A stretch of DNA of 64,000 bases from an uncultured Gemmatimonadales bacterium (GCA_963793235.1 CAWBZF010000003.1:275493-339492), one strand, 5' to 3'. Positions 49,350-59,385 are shown, numbered from the stretch's first letter. Numbers and translations are program-made. Notes: generated from the sequence alone by a model not told the origin.

Positions 49350-51605
49350 TCAGCCGGCGGGTTGTCCCGGTCGCGGCTGCGTGTCTATGAAATCCTCGGG
49401 CCTGGGGATCCGCGGCTGGCCCGGAAATGCCGGGCGGCCGGGGAGCTGCGGCTGAGGGTCGTTCCAGATGTCCGGCGGATCGCATCCGGGCTCGGGAGCC
49501 GCGGATCGGACGAAGAAGTCCGAGTACGATCGGGCGATGTAGGGACAGTCCTCCGCGACGACCTTTCCGGTCCAGCTGCTGATGTGCCGCGTGACGACGT
49601 TATCCGGTCTCTCCCAAGGGGTTGGGGGCTCACGATCTTCATAGTACTTGCGCACAACGCGTGCCCATACCGGAACCGCGAATCCACCACCCGTCGCACC
49701 GGAGGTGATCGTCCTCGGCTGATCGAGACCGAGCCAGACGCCGGCGACCAGGTCCGGCGTGTACCCGACGAACCAGACGTCGGTGTTGCCATTGGTGGTG
49801 CCGGTCTTTCCTGCCGCCGGGATGGTGTAGGGGACGTTGCCCACCGCCGGGTTGCGCACGTTGTACGCGGTGCCGCGATCCACCACTTCCCGCATCATGT
49901 CGGTGATGATCCAGCTCACGGCGGGGTCGAAGGTGGGGAGGGGAGGCTCGCCCGGCTCCCAGAGCAGGCGACCCTCGCGGTCCTCGATGCGGGTGATGTA
50001 GCGCGGCTCCACACGCATGCCCCCGTTGGCGAACGCCGCGTAGCTGGCGATCATGTCCACCGGGTACACGCCGGCCGCGCCGATGAAGACGGAGGGGTAG
50101 CCGGGAATCTCGGTTTCCAGACCGGCGCGACGCGCCACGTCCCGCACGGATTCGATCCCCACCTCCTGGCCCAGCCGGATCGCCACCATGTTCCGGGACT
50201 GCCGGAGCGCCTCGCGCAGCGACATGTCACCGCCGTACTCGTTCGAATAGTTGCGGGGTGCCCAGGTGCTCCCGTCCGGCTGCTGGATGAAGATCGGAGC
50301 GTCGGACACGTGGTAAAGCGGTGAGCGCCCCTTCTCCAGCGCAGCGGCGAACACGTAGGGCTTGAAGGCGGAGCCCGGCTGCCGGAGCGCCTGGGTGGCG
50401 CGGTTGAACTGGGAGTGCCGGAAGTTGCGCCCCCCCACCATGGCGAGCACGTTGCCGGTGTGTGGCTCCATCACCACCACCGCTCCCTGCAGGTAGGGTG
50501 TTCCCGAGAAGGCGGTGGGGTCCTCCTCGTGCTGCTCGCTGAATCGCTCGTAGGTCACATGGCGGAAGCTTCCGTAGTTGCCGCTCTCCACCTGCCGGAG
50601 ATGCTCCTCCAGCGCGCGCTCCGCCTCTTCCTGCAGCTCCACGTCGATGGTCGTGTAGATGCGCAGCCCCCCCGTGTAGAGCAGCTCGCCGAGCTGATCT
50701 TCGAGCTCGCGACGGATGTGCTCCACGAAGTACGGTGCGCGCATCACCCCGCTGGGCGGCGCGAGGCCGAGCGGCGACTCCTTCGCCTCGGCGCCCTCCG
50801 CCCGCGAGATGGTCCCCGTCTGCACCATCCAGTCGAGCACGATGTTGCGCCTGCCCTCCGCCGCTCGCGGGTTGCGGCGCGGATTGTACGCGGAGGGGGC
50901 CTGCGGGAGCCCCGCCAGGGTAGCGGCCTCCGGTACGGTGAGCTCCGCGGCCGGCTTGTCGAAGTAGGTGCGCGCCGCCGCCTCCAGACCGTATGCCCCC
51001 GCACCCAGGTAGATGTGGTTCAGGTACAGCTCCAGGATCTCGTCCTTCGTGAAGCGCCGCTCCATCACCAGGGCGAGCCGCGCCTCGGCGATCTTGCGTC
51101 GGAACGTCTTCTCACCGGGAGGGAGCTGCTCCGGAAAGAGGTTCCGCGCCAGCTGCATCGGGATGGTGCTCGCGCCGGAGGCTCCGAAACCGGAGAAGAT
51201 GTTGTCCCGGATGGCGCCCAGGAGCCGCCAGTAGTCCACGCCCTCGTGGTCGTAGAAGCGGCGGTCCTCGATGGAGACGAACGCCATCGGGACGTGGCGC
51301 GGGAGATCCGTCACGGAGATCAACTGGCGACGCTCGCGGTAGAACATCCCGAGCACCTCGCCCTCGCCGTCGTAGAGGATGGTGGCCTGCTGTGGGGCGA
51401 AGTCGGCGATCTGGTCCGCGGTGGGACAACCACCGGCACAGGCGCGGTTCCAGGCAGCCAGGACGCTGCCGACGCCGAACGCGCCGATCCCGAACGCCAC
51501 GAGCGCGAGCAGCAGCAGGAGCCGCCGGCGGTCGCGCGTCAGCGCCCGCAGCGAGGCCTTCCAGCCGCCCGCTCCGTCCAGCGGCGCCTCCCTCTCTCGG
51601 TTCAT
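49350..51605 (-). CDS. Class A penicillin-binding protein, second tandem paralogue
   Basis: The same motif set (FVSIEDRRFYDHEG, GASTIPMQLARN, KTGTTNG). It lies immediately upstream of the first PBP. Confidence 0.9.
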   Translation of the reverse strand: MNREREAPLDGAGGWKASLRALTRDRRRLLLLLALVAFGIGAFGVGSVLAAWNRACAGGCPTADQIADFAPQQATILYDGEGEVLGMFYRERRQLISVTDLPRHVPMAFVSIEDRRFYDHEGVDYWRLLGAIRDNIFSGFGASGASTIPMQLARNLFPEQLPPGEKTFRRKIAEARLALVMERRFTKDEILELYLNHIYLGAGAYGLEAAARTYFDKPAAELTVPEAATLAGLPQAPSAYNPRRNPRAAEGRRNIVLDWMVQTGTISRAEGAEAKESPLGLAPPSGVMRAPYFVEHIRRELEDQLGELLYTGGLRIYTTIDVELQEEAERALEEHLRQVESGNYGSFRHVTYERFSEQHEEDPTAFSGTPYLQGAVVVMEPHTGNVLAMVGGRNFRHSQFNRATQALRQPGSAFKPYVFAAALEKGRSPLYHVSDAPIFIQQPDGSTWAPRNYSNEYGGDMSLREALRQSRNMVAIRLGQEVGIESVRDVARRAGLETEIPGYPSVFIGAAGVYPVDMIASYAAFANGGMRVEPRYITRIEDREGRLLWEPGEPPLPTFDPAVSWIITDMMREVVDRGTAYNVRNPAVGNVPYTIPAAGKTGTTNGNTDVWFVGYTPDLVAGVWLGLDQPRTITSGATGGGFAVPVWARVVRKYYEDREPPTPWERPDNVVTRHISSWTGKVVAEDCPYIARSYSDFFVRSAAPEPGCDPPDIWNDPQPQLPGRPAFPGQPRIPRPEDFIDTQPRPGQPAG

Positions 51606-51751
51606 CTTGGATATCCGAACGGTTCCGGTTGATCACGCAACAGACTGCGACGGGGAAAGATACACGTCGCTTACGGGTGACACGAGTGGTAAACGACGGC
51701 TCCGGTGAGGTTCCGGCCGTGTGCGGGTCTCCGGTCGCGGTGGGAACCGGC

Positions 51752-53051
51752 TCAGCCCGCCGAGTCTTCCGGTGAGGTGGGAAGGAAGAGCGTGAAGCAG
51801 GAACCCTCTCCCGGCTCGCTCTGCGCCTGCAGCGTGCCACCCAGGAGCCGCGCGAGGCGAGCGGCGACGCTGAGGCCGAGACCCGTGCCCCCGATGCTCC
51901 GGCTGGTACCCTGCTCAACCTGCCAGAACGGCTCGAAGATCTGCGTCAGTGAGTCCGGGGGAATTCCGGCACCGGTGTCCCGGACGTAGATCTGGTGCGC
52001 CGGTCCGTCCGTCAGCGCGCCGATGTGGATCTCCCCCTCGTCCGTGAATTTCACTGCGTTGGAGAGCAGGTTCAGGAGGATCTGCCGCAGCTTGCCGGGA
52101 TCCGTGCTGAGGACCGGGATCTCGTCACGATCGTCCACCTCCAGATGCAGACCCCTCGCGGCGGCCTGCGGTTCGACCATGGCACTCACCTCATGGAAGA
52201 GGGTGCGCAGGTCCACCGTCTCCACCTGCAGTTCGGCCCGACCGGCTTCCAGCCGCGCGTAGGAAAGGATCTCGTCCACGATACGCAGCAGGTGCTGCGA
52301 GCTGCTCCCGATGCGTTCGAGCTGCTCGACCTGCTTCTCGGTGAGCGGTCCGGAGATCTCCGCCTTGAGGAGATCGGTATACCCCATCACCGCGTTCAGC
52401 GGGGTGCGCAGCTCGTGCGACATCACTGCCAGGAAGTCGGACTTGGCGCGGTTGGCGTCGTTGGCTTCCCGGTAGAGCCGGGCGTTGGCGAGCGACAGTG
52501 CGGCCCGCTGCTCCCGCATCTCCGGCCACTTCACGCTGCGAGCGAACCATCAGTCGTGCCAGATGGTTCAGCACTTCGCGGTAGTCGAGCGAGGAATCCA
52601 GGAGCGCGCTGGCGCGGGCGAGGAGCCGGAAACGGCGCTTCTCCTCCTCCGCTCGGCTGCGCGCCGCTTCGAGCCGGACCATCTCCCGGCCACGCTCCTC
52701 CGCTTCCCGCCGATCCGTGATATCGCGCAGAGAGATCAGGATGGCCGGCTCGCCCTCCCACTCCATCCCGGTCATCCGGAGCTCCGCCAGCACGCTCTCC
52801 CCGCCCGGTCGCAGAACGTCGATCTCGGCACTCTCCTCACCCACCACCGGAAAGCCGAAGTCCTCGCCGATCAGAGCGTCTGCCGGCCGCCCGAACAGCG
52901 CCTCGGTCGCCCGATTGGCGAAGCGAACCAGACCGCCGCGCGACACGATCACGATGCCGTCGGCCACGTGGTCCACGATGGCCTGGAGCGCGCTGTGTTC
53001 GTTTACCGGGTTCGCCCGGAACGGGGTGGAGGTGTCAGGATCGCCTGCCAT
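51752..53051 (-). pseudogene. PAS (+ truncated GAF) sensor histidine kinase disrupted by an internal deletion and frameshift near 52534-52545
   Basis: The PAS domain and the start of a GAF domain (...ALLDSSLDYREVLNHLARLMV) lie in one frame (53051 down to about 52545). The HisKA (SHELRTPLNA) and HATPase_c (the DTGAGIP and GGTGLGL motifs) domains lie in another frame (52534 down to 51752). Most of the GAF domain is missing. Confidence 0.6.
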
Positions 53052-53059
53052 GATGGGAG

Positions 53060-54074
53060 CTACTGCTCGACCTCCTCCCCGCTGCCCGGGCGGGCCAGCG
53101 CGTCGTCCCACCGTGAATGGGAGATCACGTGACCGGTGAGCACACCGGTGATGTCCTTGAAGGGCTCACCGATGTGCATGCCGTCGCCGTCGATGGAGTA
53201 CTCGCGGAAGCCGCGCAGCGTGGAGATCCGCTCCAGCGCCGAGAGGCTGTCCACCGCCAGCCGGTTCGGCCTGAACTCGGAGATCACCGCCTTCATCTGG
53301 ACCAGATGGTCCTCCATCGCCTGCGAATGCGGGTACTGATTGACGATCCGGAGCCGCCCTTCCTGCTCGAGCTTCTCGAAGTCCATCCCCCAGGCAGCGG
53401 CGTTCCTGAACAGCTGATCGCGGCTCTCCTCGAAGAGCAGGGCCCGCTCCCCCTCGCGGGCCGCGCCGGCCATGAACTGGGTCACCAGCAGCGTCTTCCC
53501 CGTCCCGGTGGCGCCGGAGGCCAGGATCACGGAGTCCCGGAAGAACCCGCCATCGCACATCCGGTCCAGCTCGTCGATGCCGGAGGTGATGCGGATGCTG
53601 GCGGAACAGTTCGGAGCGGAGCACGATCTCGTCGGGGAAGCGCACGAAAAGCGCGTTCAGCGAGTCCAGGGAGATGCGCCGTGCGCCCGATCGGGTCACG
53701 GCGTGCTCCACGCGAGCCATCAACCCGCCGAGATCGTACGCTCCCACCACCTCCAGCGCGTCGTCCGGGCTCACCGACGAGTCCACGAATACCCACTTCC
53801 CCTGCCGCTCCAGCTCCTCGATGTCCCAGCCGAAGCTGAGCATGTTGAGGCGGATGTCCTCCGGCGAATCCTCGAAGGTGACGAACACACCGGGCTCGTC
53901 GGCCTCCTGGATGCCGCGCATGAGGAACTGGGTCGCGAATACCGTCTTGGCGCTCCCCGCCGTGCCGGCGATCAGGGTGGATCGGTTCTTCGGGATCCCC
54001 CCCTCGGCGATGGTGTCGAACCCGGGAATGCCCGTTTTCAGCTTCTCCACCCCGGCTGCGCGTATCTGCGTCAT
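53060..54074 (-). pseudogene. kaiC: KaiC-like double RecA-domain ATPase, degenerate: it has a frameshift and a deletion of roughly 100 aa between the CI Walker B motif and CII, and its CII C-terminus is truncated
   Basis: CI (54074 down to about 53600): Walker A GTAGSAKT, VTFEDSP, and Walker B RRISLDSL...ELFRQ. CII in a different frame (53620 down to 53060): ...IRITSGIDELDRMCDGGFFRDSVILASGATGTGKT...RLAVDSLSAL, then an early end. Confidence 0.6.
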
Positions 54075-54379
54075 TTCGGGCTCTCCGGTTCATCTTCCAT
54101 TCGACCGATCGCTTCCAGCGACAGCCCGTAAAGCACCCGGCCGCCGTCGGACAGGTCACCCGTCACGCGGCGGACAGGCCCGGGCTCCAGCTTCACCAGC
54201 GTCGGAGTGGTCAGGATCCTGTTCTCCTCTGCTTCCCCGGGCTTCTGCACGACGTCCACGATCTCGAGGCTGTACCGGCCATCGAGATGCTCATGCGCGA
54301 TTCGCTTCAGGTTTGCGATCGCCCGCTGTGAACGCGGGGTTTCACCCGCGATGTAGAGTCTGAATCGGACGTCGCTCAT
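54071..54379 (-). CDS. kaiB: KaiB-family protein (thioredoxin-like fold)
   Basis: FRLYIAGETPRSQRAIANLKRIAHEHLDGRYSLEIVDVVQKPGEAEENRILTTPTLVKL..PVRRVTGDLS matches KaiB. Its stop overlaps the kaiC start (ATGA). Confidence 0.8.
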   Translation of the reverse strand: MSDVRFRLYIAGETPRSQRAIANLKRIAHEHLDGRYSLEIVDVVQKPGEAEENRILTTPTLVKLEPGPVRRVTGDLSDGGRVLYGLSLEAIGRMEDEPESPK

Positions 54380-54420
54380 CACCGTCTCGCTCGATGATCG
54401 GTTGCGCACGGCCCCGCGCG

Positions 54421-54747
54421 TCAAAGCACGCGCGTTCCCGGCTCCACTTCCCGCTCCGGCGCCAGAAGCACCACCTCACCCGCCCGATCCACACCGAGCA
54501 CCAGTACCTCGGATACGAAGGGGCCGATCTGCCTGGGACCCAGGTTGGTCACCGCGATCACCTGTCTGCCCACCAGCTCCTCAGGCGCGTACAGGCCCGT
54601 GATCTGCGCGCTGGATCGCTTCTCACCCAGCTCTCCGAAGTCGATCCAGAGACGGTACGCAGGCCGCCGTGCCTCCGGGAACGGTTCCACACGGCGAACG
54701 GTACCCACCCGCATCTCGACCTTCTGAAACTCGTCGAACCCGATCAT
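54421..54747 (-). CDS. tRNA-binding protein (CsaA/Trbp111 OB-fold)
   Basis: FDEFQKVEMRVGTVRRVEPFPEARRPAYRLWIDFGELGEKRSSAQI is a typical tRNA_bind domain. Confidence 0.8.
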   Translation of the reverse strand: MIGFDEFQKVEMRVGTVRRVEPFPEARRPAYRLWIDFGELGEKRSSAQITGLYAPEELVGRQVIAVTNLGPRQIGPFVSEVLVLGVDRAGEVVLLAPEREVEPGTRVL

Positions 54748-55054
54748 CCGATCCCCTCTCTCTCCACCCTACCCGCGCCCGCGGCGCCCATCGCGCGCCC
54801 GCGCTCCTGCAGAACCCGATCCACAATCGAGATCGCCCGCTCGAGCACCTCCGACTCGGTGCCGTCGAGGTGCCGCAGCAGCCCCAACAGGGGCGGCCAG
54901 CGACGTCGTCATTGTGATTTCGTCAGCAGTGCCAAATATTCGGATCGGACGGCTTGTCGGGGCTTCCGTTCAATGTGCGGGAATGCCCCGGACGGTACAA
55001 CCGATGAAGAAGCCGAGGGCTCACACCAGCGGTGGGAAGGGCGGATAAACAGCC

Positions 55055-55438
55055 ATGGGCGGCATCGGAATCCAGGGAGTGGCGCAGGTCGCCATCACGG
55101 CAAGGGAGATGGAGCGGGCGGTCGCGTTTTACCGGGACCTTATGGGACTTCCGCTGCTCTTCCAGGTGCCCGGCGCGGCGTTCTTCGACTGCGGCGGCGT
55201 GCGGCTGATGCTCGCCGTGCCGGAGGGCGCGGACCACGATCACCCGGCCTCCATCGTCTACTACCGGGTTGCCGACCTGGATGCGGGGTTCACTGCGCTG
55301 CGAGAAGGCGGTGCGACGGTGGAGAAAGTGCCGCACCTGATCGGAAGGATGGGCGACCGGGAGATCTGGATGGCCTTTCTGCGGGACAGCGAGGACAACG
55401 TTCTGGCTCTGACCAGCGAACGGATGGGGGCGGCATAG
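55055..55438 (+). CDS. VOC-family protein (glyoxalase/bleomycin-resistance/dioxygenase fold)
   Basis: Glyoxalase-like sequence (VAITAREMERAVAFYRDLMG...). Confidence 0.75.
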   Translation: MGGIGIQGVAQVAITAREMERAVAFYRDLMGLPLLFQVPGAAFFDCGGVRLMLAVPEGADHDHPASIVYYRVADLDAGFTALREGGATVEKVPHLIGRMGDREIWMAFLRDSEDNVLALTSERMGAA

Positions 55439-55543
55439 CTCCGTGCCAGCGAGGACCAGCTCGACGTGAGAAGAAGGGCGGCATCCGGTGTGGATGCCGC
55501 CCTTCTCCGTGGTGCATGGAAGCGCTCCGATCTGCCCGAGGTC

Positions 55544-57385
55544 TCACTGCTCCGAGTACATCTCCTCGATCACCCCGCTGTAGCGGTTCTCCACCACGCG
55601 CCGCTTGACCTTCAGCGTGGGGGTGAGCTCACCCGTTTCGATGGAAAACTCGCTGGGGATCACGGCGATCTTCTTCGGGACCTCGTAGCGCGCGAAGCTC
55701 TCCAGGCGATCGAAGGCCTCCTTCTCCAGGAGCTCCCGGACGCGCGGATCCTGGGAGAGTCGCTCGTGGTCGCCCACGTCGATCCCGCGGTCACGCGCCC
55801 ACGGCACCAGGTTTTCGAAGTCGGGGACGATGAGCAGGGTGGGGAAGGCGCGCTTGTCACCGAGCATCACCACCTGTGCTATGTAGGGCGAGGTGGCCAC
55901 CTCGTTTTCGATCGGCTGCGGCGCGATGTTCTTACCGCCGGCGGTCACCAGGATGTTCTTGATGCGGTCGGTGATGCGGAGGAAGCCGCGCTCATCGAGC
56001 TCACCCACGTCCCCGGTATGGAACCAGCCGTCGTCGTCGATCACCTCGCGGGTGGCGGACTCCTGGTTCCAGTAGCCCTTCATGATCTGCGGTCCGCGTG
56101 CGAGGATCTCTCCGTTGGCGTCGATGCGCAGCTCCGTGCCGGGAACCGCCTGCCCGACGGTTCCGAGCTTCACGAAGCCCGGCCGGTTGGCGCAGAGCAC
56201 TGGCGACGTCTCGGTGAGGCCATATCCCTCGTAAACCGGAAGCCCCGCGGCGAAGAAGAATTTCGCCACGTCGAAGGAGAGCGGAGCGCCCCCGGAGATG
56301 GCCGCCCGGAGCCGACCACCGGTGCGATCGCGGAGCTTGGAGAAGACGAGCCGATCCGCGATGCGACGCTGCATGGCGAGACCCCCGGCGACCGGCTTGC
56401 CGGCGAGCTCCAGCTCCGCGGCCTCCTCGCCTACCTTCTTGGCCCACATCACCAGCTTCCGCTTCACGCCCGTCGCGCCCATCACCCTGGCGTAGATCTT
56501 CTCGAACAGGCGCGGAACGGAGACCATGTAGTGCGGCTGCACCTCCATCAGGTTCTCCGCCACCTTCTCGATGGACTCGGCGTAGGCGATGGAGACGCCG
56601 AACAGCCAGTAGTAGTAATCCACCAGCCGCTCGAAGACGTGCGAGAGCGGGAGGAAGGAGAGGGCCACGTCGCCCGGCTGAAAGGTGATGACTCCGTGCT
56701 GCCGGACCGCCGCCAGGTTGGACGCCAGGTTCATGTGCGTCAGCATCACCCCCTTGGGATTGCCGGTGGTGCCCGACGTGTAGATCAGCGTGGCGACATC
56801 GTCCGGCTCCACCTGCAGGGCGCGCTCGCGGAAATTCTCGGCGGAGCCGCCCTCGATCAGCCCGCGCCCCTCTTCGAGTGCCTCGTCGAAGGGGGTGACC
56901 CCGTCCGCGGAGCCCCCGCCCTCGTAGATCACGATCCGCTGCAGCGATGGCACCTCGGTCCGGATCTCCTGGATCTTCGCGAGCTGCTCCGCCGTGGAGA
57001 CGAAGATCACCTTCGCCTCGCAGTCGTTGAGGATGAAGGCGATCTGGTTGGCGGGAAGGGTGGGGTACACCGCGACGTCCACGCAGCCGAGACCGAGCGC
57101 CGCGAAGTCGGTGATCGCCCACTCGGGACGATTCTCGGAGAGCATCGCCACCCGGTCGCCGCGCTCCACTCCCCACGCGGTCAGCGCCGCCGCCAGCCTT
57201 GCCACACGTTTCTCGATCTCGGCGTGCGAAAGCGTTCGCCAGGTGCCCCCCTGCTTGTACTGCAGCGCGTCCCCACGAGCACGATGGTCGATCGCGTGGA
57301 AAAACACCTTCGTCAGGGTGTTTTCCGCGAAATCTTCGAGGGGCCGAACGGAGGTGCGGGAGCCGGACGCGGACTGGGTGGCCAT
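55544..57385 (-). CDS. fadD: Long-chain-fatty-acid--CoA ligase (AMP-binding)
   Basis: AMP-binding signature TSGTTGNPKG, YGLTET, and GWFHTGD...LKVKRR. The start at the second ATG has a GGAG 6 nt upstream. Confidence 0.9.
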   Translation of the reverse strand: MATQSASGSRTSVRPLEDFAENTLTKVFFHAIDHRARGDALQYKQGGTWRTLSHAEIEKRVARLAAALTAWGVERGDRVAMLSENRPEWAITDFAALGLGCVDVAVYPTLPANQIAFILNDCEAKVIFVSTAEQLAKIQEIRTEVPSLQRIVIYEGGGSADGVTPFDEALEEGRGLIEGGSAENFRERALQVEPDDVATLIYTSGTTGNPKGVMLTHMNLASNLAAVRQHGVITFQPGDVALSFLPLSHVFERLVDYYYWLFGVSIAYAESIEKVAENLMEVQPHYMVSVPRLFEKIYARVMGATGVKRKLVMWAKKVGEEAAELELAGKPVAGGLAMQRRIADRLVFSKLRDRTGGRLRAAISGGAPLSFDVAKFFFAAGLPVYEGYGLTETSPVLCANRPGFVKLGTVGQAVPGTELRIDANGEILARGPQIMKGYWNQESATREVIDDDGWFHTGDVGELDERGFLRITDRIKNILVTAGGKNIAPQPIENEVATSPYIAQVVMLGDKRAFPTLLIVPDFENLVPWARDRGIDVGDHERLSQDPRVRELLEKEAFDRLESFARYEVPKKIAVIPSEFSIETGELTPTLKVKRRVVENRYSGVIEEMYSEQ

Positions 57386-57540
57386 TCTCATCTCCGGGTC
57401 AGAGAGGTGCTATGGTCCTGTGTCGACGGGGTCCGACCCCTGCCACGCGGGCGGGGGACGGCATCGGCGGGAATATAGTGCCGACGAGGGGGGAAACAAG
57501 CGAAAAGCGCGCCGCTTCCCCCGTCGTTCCGTGCGGAGAT

Positions 57541-57957
57541 TCAGCCGCAGAAGCGGTCGAAGGCGTCGGTGAGGTCCGCCGCGATCTGATCGGCGTCGCG
57601 TCCCTCGATGCGGTGCCGCTCCATCATGTACACGACCTCGCCGTCCTTCACCAGCGCGAAAGACGGGGATGAGGGCGGATAACCATAGAAGAACTCGCGC
57701 GCACGCGCGGTCGCTTCCACGTCCTGGCCGGCAAAAACGGTCGCGGTACGGGCCGGGAGCCGCTCGTGCTGGAGCGCCATCGCCACGGCGGGCCGCGCAT
57801 TGCGGGCCGCACAGCCGCACACCGAGTTCACCACCACCAGCGTCGTTCCCTCACCGGCGAGCGCCGCCTCCACCTCACCGGCCTCACGCAGCTCCTCCAC
57901 ACCCAGCCGCGTGAGCTCTTCACGCATCGGCCGGACCAGCATCTCAGGATATGGCAT
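57541..57957 (-). CDS. Bacilliredoxin (BrxA/BrxB, YphP/YqiW family, DUF1094) with a CGC active site
   Basis: TLVVVNSVCGCAARNARPA carries the CGC motif characteristic of bacilliredoxins. Confidence 0.75.
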   Translation of the reverse strand: MPYPEMLVRPMREELTRLGVEELREAGEVEAALAGEGTTLVVVNSVCGCAARNARPAVAMALQHERLPARTATVFAGQDVEATARAREFFYGYPPSSPSFALVKDGEVVYMMERHRIEGRDADQIAADLTDAFDRFCG

Positions 57958-58027
57958 GTTCGGGCAGTCTGGATTCAGGGACAGTATCGATCAGCGGGAC
58001 CGGTGGTGCGCCCCGACATCTCACTTC

Positions 58028-58642
58028 TCAGATATCACCGCTGTCCGCCGACGGTTCCGCCGGAGGGGTGGGCTGGCGCGCCGGAAGCCAGGGGATGTCG
58101 CCGGAGCCCGCGCGGTGGTTGGCGAGCCGTGCCCAGGTGAAGAGCAGGTCCGACAACCGGTTCAGGTAGATCACGGCCTCGCCGGGGATGTGAGCCACGG
58201 CGGTGAGGGTGGTCACACGACGCTCCGCACGGCGGCAGACGGTCCGCGCGAGGTGGAGGCGCGAGGCAGCCTCGGTGCCCCCGGGCAGGATGAAGTTGCC
58301 AAGCGGCTCGAGCTCCTTCTCGGCGTCGTCGATCCAGTGCTCCATTTCCGAGATGCGCTCGGTGGGAAGAGGAGGGATGTGGTCGTTGCGCCGTCCGCCG
58401 TCCTCCGGAGCGGGGGTGGCGAGGTTGGCGCCGAGCGTGAACAGGTCGGCCTGGAGCACGCGAATGCGCTCCGTGAGTTCCGCATCGCCGACCTGTTCGA
58501 GCGCTGTGGCGACACCGCCGAGCACTGCGTTCAGCTCGTCCACGTCTCCGTACGCCTCCACACGCGTGTGGTCCTTGCGCACTCTCTGGCCGCCGAACAG
58601 CCCGGTCTCTCCGCTGTCGCCGGTGCGGGTATAGATCTTCAT
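58028..58642 (-). CDS. PduO-type ATP:cob(I)alamin adenosyltransferase
   Basis: The N-terminus MKIYTRTGDSGETGL is diagnostic. The ORF extends upstream to 58735, but the Met at 58642 matches the family start. Confidence 0.85.
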   Translation of the reverse strand: MKIYTRTGDSGETGLFGGQRVRKDHTRVEAYGDVDELNAVLGGVATALEQVGDAELTERIRVLQADLFTLGANLATPAPEDGGRRNDHIPPLPTERISEMEHWIDDAEKELEPLGNFILPGGTEAASRLHLARTVCRRAERRVTTLTAVAHIPGEAVIYLNRLSDLLFTWARLANHRAGSGDIPWLPARQPTPPAEPSADSGDI

Positions 58643-59385
58643 GATCGCTGGTTGGCGGCGAGGGCCGCGAGAGCGAGGCGCCCGAACGTCCATTCGAGCC
58701 AGAGGAGGCGGCGGAGGACGCGGCGCGGCGTCCACAGCTCGCCTTCGATGTCCACGAGGACGCTGCGAGCGTCGGGTGCGAGGTCGGTGAATCGCTGCAC
58801 GACGAGAGCCATGGCGGTGTCGAGCCGCGCGAGGGTCCTCGCGGGGACCTCCGCCATGGATGAGGATCCGAGGCGGCTCAGCGTGAACCAGTGGGAGCGA
58901 GCGAGCTCTTCCAGCGCGAGCCGAGCGGTCCAGTCGCCTCGCCAGACGGCATCGAGCGCCTCGTCCGGAAGGCGACGCACGCGGGCGAGCAGGTGCCCAC
59001 GCAGGTCGCCCAGCCGGTGGAGGAGCGCGATCATCTCCGTTTCGGAGAGGGGTTCCCGGTCGGCGTCGAGGAGAACTTCGCTCTCACCGTCGGCGACGTT
59101 TGCGGCGCTCAGGTGCCACTCGTCCACCGTGATCTGGAGCTCGGCGTCACGCGGTGGGAGCCGCTCACCGATGGTGCCGAGTGTGGTCAGCCACTGCGAC
59201 AGCACCGCCTGGAAATTGGCGAGCGCCTCTTCCTGCGAGGCACCGCCGGCCACGCAGCCGGGAAGGTTGATGGAGTGTACGAGGGTGGAGCCGTCCGCGC
59301 CCTCCTCGAGAGCCACCGGAAAGTTCGTCACCGTCGGTACGCCGCCGACACCGGCCTGACGCCCCTCCTGATTCGGCTCGTTCAT
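58639..59385 (-). CDS. Two-domain protein: HicB-like (UPF0150) N-terminal domain fused to a DinB/YfiT-like four-helix-bundle domain
   Basis: N-terminus FPVALEEGADGSTLVHSINLPGCVAGGASQEEALANFQAVL (HicB-like). The C-terminus has DinB_2-like helices. Its stop overlaps the adenosyltransferase start (ATGA). Confidence 0.5.
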   Translation of the reverse strand: MNEPNQEGRQAGVGGVPTVTNFPVALEEGADGSTLVHSINLPGCVAGGASQEEALANFQAVLSQWLTTLGTIGERLPPRDAELQITVDEWHLSAANVADGESEVLLDADREPLSETEMIALLHRLGDLRGHLLARVRRLPDEALDAVWRGDWTARLALEELARSHWFTLSRLGSSSMAEVPARTLARLDTAMALVVQRFTDLAPDARSVLVDIEGELWTPRRVLRRLLWLEWTFGRLALAALAANQRS

